Source: an uncultured Nitrosomonas sp. (lineage in GTDB: Bacteria > Pseudomonadota > Gammaproteobacteria > Burkholderiales > Nitrosomonadaceae). Taken from it: a DNA stretch of 64,000 bases. Shown piece after piece: positions 28,101 through 34,355 of this stretch. Each line of letters starts with the position of its first letter. Position 1 is the stretch's first letter. The stretch covers positions 4,477 through 68,476 of the forward strand of contig CAYXFV010000003.1 in assembly GCA_964464365.1 (NCBI GenBank), read 5' to 3'. The notes under the pieces were generated by a model, which saw only the letters and a list, made by a program, of their open reading frames with translations, did no database searches and was not told where the DNA came from. Both the position numbers and the translations under genes were made by a program.

Positions 28101-29498
28101 AATCTCAACGATGTAGTAGGCGGTTTGAATTTCGACTTTGACGTGCTGGATATTACCAGTGTTACGACTAGCGGGCTGACGATCAATGGTGTGGATTCAA
28201 CCGGTTTGTTACCGCCAGAGCAAAATGATTTGGGTACCACGGACGAATTGGTGGTGGGCGCCCTCAATCTGATCAATACCGTCAATGACTTCGAAAGTAT
28301 CGTGTTAACGGACGCATCGGTTGCCGGAGGCAGCGGTTTTGTCCTTAATACAAGCACCAATCAGTTGATTCAAGGCAGTACGACTGTCAACATTGGTGGT
28401 AACGATTTAGTCAGAAAGCTCAGCGCTGGTGGTCTCGTAGAGGAAAACAGCTACCGCGATGGTCGCATAGCCGCTGTGACAACTGATGTGACATTGACTG
28501 CGCTCGGTAGTAATGCCGTGTGGCTGATCGGTGGAGCTGGCAACGACACGATTACTGGCTCAGGTGGCAATGATATACTGACCGGTGGTTCCGGCAATGA
28601 TATTCTGGATGGTGGTATAACTTCTGAAACTCGCCAGATTGAATTGAATGGAATTATGGACGGAGCAGCAGGTGGAACAGTAGTGGCAACATTTAATGGC
28701 TTCTCTGGTGCGGTGACGACGATTGCTGAAGGAGCGGAAGTTCCTGATGGAGCGGGTGCCGATGCGGTAGGTGAGCAATTGGCTGCCAAGATCAATGCTA
28801 ATCTGGCCGCAATCAATACCGGTGCGGGTTGGACGAATGGTGAATTGGTCAATGTCAGCTATGACATCAACTCGAACTTGTTGACTTTCACCTTCAATAC
28901 CGGTGCCGATGTGTTGGATGGAGAAATCATATCGGTAGCTGTAGCTGGCGATGCTGGTACATTGATGGCATCGGCAGAAAGCATTATTGTCCAAGGCGGA
29001 GATGGGGGCACGGATACCTTTGTATTCGAAGCAACCGCTGCGCTGAACGGTGTGGATACCATCAACGGCTTTAATAACAACCTGTTGCTTGGCAACGAGG
29101 ATGTACTGAATTTCAGCGCATTCCTCGGTAACGGCGCAGGACCTGTTGCCGCTTTCGATATTAATAACTTCACCACGGTAGGTATTAATCTCACTGGTAA
29201 TCAAGTCGGTGTGGTATACAACAAAACCGGCGGGCTGAGTACAGGCGATATCGCAACGGTTGCTGCTGCAGGCAAAATCGCGGTGGATGATGATGGCAAA
29301 GCTGTTGTGCTTGTGACTGCTGATGCTGATGGAGTAAATGATGCAATCAACAATCCTTACGCGGTCTACTTCATCGAGGACGTGGATACTACAAACCCTG
29401 CTACTCAGGTTTGGCAGGTTACTTTGGTTGGTAATGTCAACAGTACAGCCGAACTGGATGCTGCGGATTGGGGTTTAGGCACCAACTTCTTCATTTAG
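22113..29498 (+). CDS. Giant RTX/Ca-binding repeat surface protein, S-layer-like, probable type I secretion substrate (2461 aa)
   Basis: No N-terminal signal peptide. Helical N-terminal domain resembling RsaA/SapA-type (DUF4214-like) anchors. Several GGxGxDxLx clusters (e.g. GGAGNDTITGSGGNDILTGGSGNDILDGG). Acidic and Gly/Asp/Asn/Thr-rich. Confidence 0.85.
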   Translation: MATNAEKSAMLKLVVGLFDAAPGEGNLTNLLGGLDFGMSFSEIADILVTVPEFRNGVIGTKANSQQVAEIMSHFGLVYAETPDASTASGQAQSYFSARLAAGDNWGEIMVDAILFLSLPSTAADPLFADTVNLINNKALVAGIFSDANAAPYLSPLNLIYDVKFLQAVLHGVTAQEPSTPQDAVQFLLQKGFGGTPGTVFNLVSESAAGADVMRITGDQALRIDFTDPSNQIKGRDLNGNGRIEANGIENAITGVAADFEIVDAYSRNKLNERDLLNNFLGDIAYDGTGFDGDGVHTDGNIFLGGLGADTALGGIGNDFMAGGGVAQARTQRALEEWLALGNSSTTFALPTDNLFGGRNADFFFGEISQLDNTDGNQLFIDGGSTSDDAAVGNNTPQDSDWLLIEVSDDEDGTVINLGGEHYGFHPLNVGEQGQYVQSGTGGSGIVMREIEHVDASGNLYGFLDDIDVALGGNGRRTANGENVGIGSTAQLHIIGSEANNIIIGGFDNDLIEGGYGNDLLFGGNLNYNNNPNLLNIPNNGRDELIGGDGDDHLVWEADGGIYEGGNVPDVDDSGIDTLWLTHNALGNRALNDLTNDGVLRFDLGVGKVGGLENYAGYGGADKAPSSSASQFAGLYTSDQTNYKDGVLRSQVQDTENVIATGLGAVDYRAAGSNDPELAFNNIQNHFAYEGDLDLRGTTGVNVLYASSGDDTIEGREGGTLTTDANGNIKKGGDNRDKLSGGTGNDDFIFAIGDAYQDGVDVIHRQKDADNDNLWDTDAQGNYLYSQDFGLDSEATAGSSVLQIRIVKVGGNAPGDELSDVVNFVSEITTGYRDNGEFIPVTLSTDAIKAATTYAELTSALNDALDAIPGAEALDATLQPDGVTIFITDGQGRDLADSTTEVPGAGVLINQKANTQTENLFMFGEPDITITQDRLLYVAYEDRADAERVDDDSILGSTISLGARNYAQDLVIDFAADGTRIAESQQYELKFGNLTTQDIVTIHVNGVEFTLQVGVDLDGNIVANEDSTTTSQANIQTNFLARFETFINSFNDRNTAAGQVAASHAGDTLTLTQADYNGEETVFMRTPTVTLQNLSGGEPASVEVLNNSSHEVHLLDFDGRDNRLNDTNVLFLGGENINRAILETASDAGGQLSGSNAILIDGGANDLSDAVLGSSLVAINNTATNPFLALNFSVHGDDLLIGGNGDDIITGGTGDDRVIGSRGNDTADGGKNYYAVQVLGETQARVYELNAWEASSVANLKSVLPELASNTISSITVINQAESGFGTVSGVFSDTLQFQQADFSSNARFTIVLDDFATSGAGIGGVVQFKNDGAGKVFTDEDGDGVNDHTTTFTNFENIRTVSGTGKANAAGGQGRDTLDISALSSSEATGGVSYNLTNDGGQGEVRISEDATTSPAPVPGDYEILAIRVDGVENVTSGTGNDLLLIDETEADKDNVFSANLGTDRIIYRNEFDPVFANDTIAQPTVNIKVNSATDTDTVTMTEGRNGTVLATDTLISVERISLENGTAEGSRENDVLDVTTMASGAVVDFTNGEVRTGIVPGDGVQVIIDGMARLENVWADGNDTVIVASSGAMSGANATSDVLLDTKDITFSHFRDFDVLGNNNQRKSFETLATGEITDIINEGQYTFDLSKTGGGNDVDTVDYSHATDNIAVVVRPDSEVKQFVIVDTGGFGDKAAQLHDRVDVLIDVEQVVASQGESVLDFTSMTAGTEIRFNKPEAADQVAALDRDVSRVNIIDIASLNPLQRTFLEYRDAGLDATVTQATATWNRIEGSDHAERVVMASVQSTENFAANLRGGANEIKYNELSRSITSVLSADEFDAGNPLTTGLITLTTVFQDGDGNPLPGSGTHTVTSYSADNEIASGALRVAASQDAEDTLEVAGVSSKLFILAEQGTTDNQITVKLGSGAAQNSVILTGYEFLQDAASNDMYDMGSLSSVLAGLDLLDNGADDHDGIKVRNDAVGFNGAGASTIGLNNLNDVVGGLNFDFDVLDITSVTTSGLTINGVDSTGLLPPEQNDLGTTDELVVGALNLINTVNDFESIVLTDASVAGGSGFVLNTSTNQLIQGSTTVNIGGNDLVRKLSAGGLVEENSYRDGRIAAVTTDVTLTALGSNAVWLIGGAGNDTITGSGGNDILTGGSGNDILDGGITSETRQIELNGIMDGAAGGTVVATFNGFSGAVTTIAEGAEVPDGAGADAVGEQLAAKINANLAAINTGAGWTNGELVNVSYDINSNLLTFTFNTGADVLDGEIISVAVAGDAGTLMASAESIIVQGGDGGTDTFVFEATAALNGVDTINGFNNNLLLGNEDVLNFSAFLGNGAGPVAAFDINNFTTVGINLTGNQVGVVYNKTGGLSTGDIATVAAAGKIAVDDDGKAVVLVTADADGVNDAINNPYAVYFIEDVDTTNPATQVWQVTLVGNVNSTAELDAADWGLGTNFFI

Positions 29499-29510
29499 TT
29501 GTGATGCCAG

Positions 29511-29550
29511 CCGCGCTGTGGTGAAGCGAATATGCTTTACCACACTGCGG
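29511..29550 (+). other. Stem-loop immediately after the S-layer-like gene
   Basis: tgtggtgaagc-gaatat-gctttaccaca stem, extended by ccgc/gcgg. Confidence 0.55.
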
Positions 29551-29571
29551 AGATGTTCAGATTATTCGATC

Positions 29572-29610
29572 AAACCGTTTCCGTCATCAAGCGGAAACGG
29601 TTTTTTATTT
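29572..29610 (+). terminator. Rho-independent terminator
   Basis: Perfect 12-bp stem aaaccgtttccg/cggaaacggttt with an 8-nt loop, followed by a T-rich tract. Confidence 0.85.
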
Positions 29611-29635
29611 AATTCATTTTTAGGAGGAAATCGAC

Positions 29636-29875
29636 ATGGCTGATGAAACAACAAATAAATCCAGCCCAAAAATTACTATTGATGGTGTTGACTACGAAAT
29701 TGCAGCGCTCAGCGAGCAATCCAGGAGGCTGATTTCCACGATACGTTCGGCTGACCGCGAAATGCGTCGCTTGGAATTCCAGTTGTCGCTAGCGCGCATC
29801 GCACGTCAGACGATCGCCGCTAATCTCAAAAATGAGCTTGGCAAAAATCCATCCAGCTCCGGATACAATGCTTGA
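29636..29875 (+). CDS. Small conserved-type protein (DUF6447-like)
   Basis: Strong RBS (aggagg) and KITIDGVDYEIAALSEQSRRLISTIRSADREMRRLEFQLSLARIAR pattern. Confidence 0.7.
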   Translation: MADETTNKSSPKITIDGVDYEIAALSEQSRRLISTIRSADREMRRLEFQLSLARIARQTIAANLKNELGKNPSSSGYNA

Positions 29876-30034
29876 GTGAGTCTGTTTAATTGACCTGTTC
29901 CGCGGTAAAAAGGATGTCTTAAGAGAAGATCTTGAAACAGGTTCTAGAGCATTTTTGTTTTAATTAGATATTTATCCGGATGCAGTAAGTTTGCTGATGT
30001 TCACTATGAGCATCAGCAGTGACCCACAACAGCG

Positions 30035-30161
30035 CGCAGCATGATCACCACGGTGCCGTATCAAAAACTGATTTGTTCAGGGGACCGACTATTTACCTCG
30101 CACAACAAAACCCCGGTATACGGGGCTGAGGACGCAGTATGATCACTCTAATCATGCTGCG
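30035..30161. repeat. 127-bp segment bounded by 11-bp perfect inverted repeats, with internal hairpins
   Basis: cgcagcatgat (30035-30045) and atcatgctgcg (30151-30161); near-direct copy cgcagtatgatca at 30133; hairpin ccccg-gtata-cgggg at 30111-30125. Confidence 0.5.
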
Positions 30162-30190
30162 TTGATAATTTGGCTTGTCATAAAAGCCGG

Positions 30191-31408
30191 TTAACGCAAC
30201 TTCCAGCATCCTGAGCAAGATTCAGGGAAGATGCCATTCCACAAATTAAAGCGCATATTTTCATAATACTGATCAGACAGAATTTGATCGATAGGTCGGG
30301 TAAACAGATTCCAGTTGGAAGATGGTGGGGTTTTGATTTGGCAGCAGGGCGTAATATCGCCGCTGAGTAAAGAGTAAATCCATTGTTCATCGCAATTTTT
30401 GCGGATACCATTCGGGGTGCCGTTTTTGTCGAGGACGATGCCTTCTTGTTCACAAAATTCAGCAACGGAAGTGAGCTGTTGTGTTGCGATATGACTATCT
30501 CTGGCGATGCAGGCGGCGATTTCATCAATATGCATGATTTCTTCCAGTTTCTGTTCGGGATAAATTGGCAGATAAGTAGACATCGGATTAAGTGGTTGGA
30601 ACGACTCGAATATTTCAACACCATGATGTTTTGCCGCAGCGACAATTTCCGGTAAATCGTTTTTGCTGTAGGAAAACAGCGTGCCTTTTAGGCCGATCTT
30701 GGGATACTGATAACCATGTTCGTCACGATAGCGGCGTAAATTCTCGATGCCCTTCCAGATTTGATCGAGCTTGCCTTCTATTCTTGAGCTGGCAAAGGTT
30801 TCAGCATCAACAGAATCAATGGATATCGAGACATAAGTAATTCCACTTTCGCAAAGCTTTCTGATATTACTTTGACTCAGGGTGGAGCCGTTAGAAACAA
30901 TCATCACACGTTTACCACGAGCACGGGCAAGGTTGGCCATTTTAAAGAAACCTTTATGCATCAGTGGTTCGCCTTCACCAACAAGTGCAATAGTTTGAAC
31001 TGTGGGAAAATTATCAAGTAATTTGATGAAATTATCGACATTAATGTCGTCTTGTACCATATGTCGCCCAACGCAGTACCAGCACTTGAAATTACAACGC
31101 GTGGTCGGTTCGATATTCAGGAACGTTGGCGCGGTCGACCAGAGCCTTGCATTGATTGCATTAACTGGTTCTGCATTTTCAGGTTGTGGCAGAACATATC
31201 CCTGGCAGGACGGACAGTATATAGGTTCGGCTCTTTCCCAATTATCTTCACCATACCGGGCCTGTATCACAATTTTGAAAGCATTCTCATTATCACAAGT
31301 AGGACAACTGACTAATTGCTGACGATTTAAAGGGATGTGATGTTCAAATGGTTGTAAATGCGCGTGTGAATGCTGCCACAATTGAGTGATGTTGATAAAT
31401 TTTGTCAT
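30191..31408 (-). CDS. Radical SAM protein with SPASM/twitch-like C-terminus and N-terminal CxxC...CxxC segment
   Basis: CNFKCWYC (CxxxCxxC), GEGEPLMH, SNGS; C-terminal C...GDITPCC...CSGC; N-terminal CPTC and CPSC. Confidence 0.9.
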   Translation of the reverse strand: MTKFINITQLWQHSHAHLQPFEHHIPLNRQQLVSCPTCDNENAFKIVIQARYGEDNWERAEPIYCPSCQGYVLPQPENAEPVNAINARLWSTAPTFLNIEPTTRCNFKCWYCVGRHMVQDDINVDNFIKLLDNFPTVQTIALVGEGEPLMHKGFFKMANLARARGKRVMIVSNGSTLSQSNIRKLCESGITYVSISIDSVDAETFASSRIEGKLDQIWKGIENLRRYRDEHGYQYPKIGLKGTLFSYSKNDLPEIVAAAKHHGVEIFESFQPLNPMSTYLPIYPEQKLEEIMHIDEIAACIARDSHIATQQLTSVAEFCEQEGIVLDKNGTPNGIRKNCDEQWIYSLLSGDITPCCQIKTPPSSNWNLFTRPIDQILSDQYYENMRFNLWNGIFPESCSGCWKLR

Positions 31409-31411
31409 AAG

Positions 31412-32314
31412 TCAGTCATGGTGAAGTGGGAGACTTGAAAACCAGTTCCAACCGTCCCAGACTTCCGGGTATTTTGTCAGAGTTTCAGATAAAAAGGAGA
31501 AATAAGTGTTCATCACAGTATCGGGATCATAATTGGATTCAACTAGACGTAGGCTCACGTGATAGCGTTGATCAACCATATACATAATGCCAAGAATTAT
31601 GGGCAGCTTTGAACGGCAGGCTATTTGAATACTACCTATAGGGGCAGATACACTTCGATTAAATAGTGGATAAGCGTTGGGATTCATTGTTGTGGCAAAA
31701 TCATTGAGTGATACGAGTAAATCCCCATGCAATAACGCATTTTTGGCTAACCTTGCGCCACGAATATTTTTTTTGAAGAACAGATAATCGCCACCATTGA
31801 AATGAATGGCGCTGTTCCGATGCAATTTGTATATATATTGCCCGATATATGGAAAGAGCGGTGTTGATTCCTCATGAGCTGCAAGAACCTGAGTGCGGAA
31901 TCCGGTTAAACCAAGCACACAGAATAAGGTATGTTGAAATGCATGATGGTAGGTTAAAAATAAAGCACCTTTGTTTTTCTTCTTAACTTGGTTTAAAAGA
32001 ATATGATCGATATCTACATTTTTATGTAGCCATTGCTGGTCAAATGAAGCATGTTTAAAAGCATTTAGACAAAAATGAGCATGATTGACTAAACATTTTT
32101 TCCATAAAACTGACCAATCATCAATTATGATATCGGCATCGACCATTGCCTGATGGATTGTTTCCTCATTTTGTCGTATGGGACTATAGACTTGAGTGAC
32201 GAGCTTTGGTAATAGTGTATAAACAAGCTTATCAGGTAGTTTCGCCATCGCTGATAAAAGCAACAGGAAATAACGATAGTTTCTACCATGTTGGGCTACG
32301 CTCACTTGACGCAT
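31412..32314 (-). CDS. LpxL/HtrB-like lysophospholipid/lipid A acyltransferase-family protein (divergent)
   Basis: KGALFLTYHH, LVSLNDF, PLFNRSVSAPIG..IA...LPII and YPEVWDGW match the Lip_A_acyltrans layout. 2 bp from the radical SAM start. Confidence 0.7.
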   Translation of the reverse strand: MRQVSVAQHGRNYRYFLLLLSAMAKLPDKLVYTLLPKLVTQVYSPIRQNEETIHQAMVDADIIIDDWSVLWKKCLVNHAHFCLNAFKHASFDQQWLHKNVDIDHILLNQVKKKNKGALFLTYHHAFQHTLFCVLGLTGFRTQVLAAHEESTPLFPYIGQYIYKLHRNSAIHFNGGDYLFFKKNIRGARLAKNALLHGDLLVSLNDFATTMNPNAYPLFNRSVSAPIGSIQIACRSKLPIILGIMYMVDQRYHVSLRLVESNYDPDTVMNTYFSFLSETLTKYPEVWDGWNWFSSLPLHHD

Positions 32315-32702
32315 TATATTAAATAGTTTGTTGATTCAATTGCAGTAAAACTTATAGAGGTTTTTGGGTGGTTTGATTCAAGCCTATTGGGAGTAACAGA
32401 AATAACCAAAATACTATAGCACGGTGTAATAAGAAAGCAATAATCCGAAGAACATTAAATCGCGCAGAATAATGTTTGGCTGTTTAGTCCCGGCATTTTC
32501 TGGATTGGATTAACCTAAATCCTGACAAAAGTTACCCATGACCGGGAGCGTCTTTCCCTTTCATTATTTATACATACCGTTGGATTGTTGTGATGGCTTT
32601 TTTTATGTTGAAACTTTGCTAGGCTTTATCTGGCCGGCAGGGCAGGTTTATCGGGATGTGAAACATGTTATGCTTTAGCAGTTTTGTTTGAGGAAGATTA
32701 TC

Positions 32703-33086
32703 ATGGCACTGGCGAAAGAAGATATCGAGGAGATCAGAGAACTGATTGCTGCTGCTCTGGCGGCACAGCACCCGGAAATGACAGGCAATAATGTGCGCTA
32801 TGAGCTGGAAATCAGGGAAAGAATTCTTCGTGTTGAAGAAGAATTAAGGCATCAGCGGGAGTTGATGCAGGAAGGCTTCAAGCAGATGGAAAAACGCTTC
32901 GAACAGATTGATAAGCGCTTCGAGCAGATGGAAAAACGTTTTGAGCTGATCGATAAGCATTTTGAGCAAGTTGATAAGCGTTTTGAAGCAATGACGGTGC
33001 GGATAGACCGTTTCATGGTCTGGTCATTCGCAACGACACTGACAGTCGGCGGGATTGTTATCGCTGCGATCAAATACCTGCCTTAA
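32703..33086 (+). CDS. Heptad-repeat coiled-coil protein with C-terminal TM helix (DUF1640-like)
   Basis: RBS gagga before ATG 32703; five [QL]x[ED]K[RH]FE repeats; C-terminal hydrophobic WSFATTLTVGGIVIAAI. Confidence 0.8.
   Translation: MALAKEDIEEIRELIAAALAAQHPEMTGNNVRYELEIRERILRVEEELRHQRELMQEGFKQMEKRFEQIDKRFEQMEKRFELIDKHFEQVDKRFEAMTVRIDRFMVWSFATTLTVGGIVIAAIKYLP
32883..32987 (+). repeat. Coding 21-bp tandem repeat, 5 units
   Basis: cagatggaaaaacgcttcgaa / cagattgataagcgcttcgag / cagatggaaaaacgttttgag / ctgatcgataagcattttgag / caagttgataagcgttttgaa. Confidence 0.9.
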
Positions 33087-33139
33087 ATCCGGGCTGTGAT
33101 AAGCCTGCGAATTTGGCCTGCACGGTAAAGTGTAAGCGG

Positions 33140-34180
33140 TTAATCTGTTGCGGTGGTCAATTCAGTATTGGGATATTTCTCGCTGAGTTTGTTTAAAACC
33201 AGTGATTGCAGTGCGCCACTGATCCGGATTTCAGCCGGTAGCGCCCAAACGGATACCTGCTTGAAACCGGTGCATTGCAACGCTTCTTCCTCAGGCATGA
33301 TGACGGTTTCGCTTTGCAGTTTGAGAAAATCCGCTTCGACATAACGATGTTCTTCGTTAAAACTGTGCAGGTCGCCCTGAAGGCCGGTGCGCTGCAACTG
33401 TTCCAGAAACCACGGCATGTTCGCATAACGGCTGACCACCAGAAATGCTTTGTTTTTCAGAACGGAAACCGGTTGCCGGTTGCCGGGGTCGGCCAGGTTA
33501 TAAACCGTCTGGCCGGTCAGTTTCATGATATAGGTCGTTTCCCAGTCGGATGTGTCATAACGGTCTGCATGCGTACCGTTGATGATGACGGCATCGACAT
33601 TTCGGAGGCTGCCAAGGCTGGTGTGCAAGGGACCTGCGGGTAGCCGCAGGCCGTTACCGAAGCTGGCATCGCTGAAATCGACAACGGCGATTTCAATATC
33701 GCGTTCGAGCCGAGGATACTGGAGTCCGTGCGTACTGATGATGATATTGCATGCAGGGTTCGCCTTGAGCAGCGCCGCTGCGGTGGTGGCCGGGTCGCCG
33801 CCGACCCATACTGGGCATTGACCATGAAGACGGTTGGCAAGCAATACAGCTTTGTCGCCAACGCTGATGGGGTCGCTTGCATCTGAGACGGCTTCCGGCT
33901 GACCGGGGTTGTCAAGATTGCCGTACGCAACAATGCCGGGCCGCAGGCCGCGAGTCAGAAGATTCTCGACAAGCCACAGCGTCAGCGGAGTTTTGCCGGC
34001 GTCGTCGCTGGTGATGCTGTCGACAATAATTACGGGCACATGCAGTTTGACCGATGGGAAAAAATCCAGCCAATAGCATAATTTGCGCAGCGATAGGAAT
34101 AAACCGAATAACAGGCTCAGCGGCCACAGCAGAATATGTAGTGGGGTGATGCGGTGCCAATATAATTCGGTTAACTTCAT
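33140..34180 (-). CDS. Tetraacyldisaccharide 4'-kinase (LpxK) paralog with degenerate catalytic motifs
   Basis: LpxK layout (GKTP, GLQ..L.RDIEIAVVD, GNG.RLPAGPL). The P-loop reads DSITSDDAGKTP and the DDGLQH motif reads THGLQY. RBS ggaagga before ATG 34180. Confidence 0.85.
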   Translation of the reverse strand: MKLTELYWHRITPLHILLWPLSLLFGLFLSLRKLCYWLDFFPSVKLHVPVIIVDSITSDDAGKTPLTLWLVENLLTRGLRPGIVAYGNLDNPGQPEAVSDASDPISVGDKAVLLANRLHGQCPVWVGGDPATTAAALLKANPACNIIISTHGLQYPRLERDIEIAVVDFSDASFGNGLRLPAGPLHTSLGSLRNVDAVIINGTHADRYDTSDWETTYIMKLTGQTVYNLADPGNRQPVSVLKNKAFLVVSRYANMPWFLEQLQRTGLQGDLHSFNEEHRYVEADFLKLQSETVIMPEEEALQCTGFKQVSVWALPAEIRISGALQSLVLNKLSEKYPNTELTTATD

Positions 34181-34355
34181 AAGTATGTTCCTTCCCAGTA
34201 GAAAAGGCCACGCATTGGACAAATGCGCAGCAACGCGTCGTAAAAAATACTACGGGTAATGATTCTCACATGGTATTACTATGAGGCGCAAGACCGGTTT
34301 TATGGGAAATGCTGGAATTAACACATAAAATCAACAGAATGGCATCGCTGATTGA

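Noticed and set aside
32883-32987. Regular 21-bp repeats considered as a CRISPR array
   Set aside because: Contiguous in-frame coding repeats with no spacers and no cas genes.
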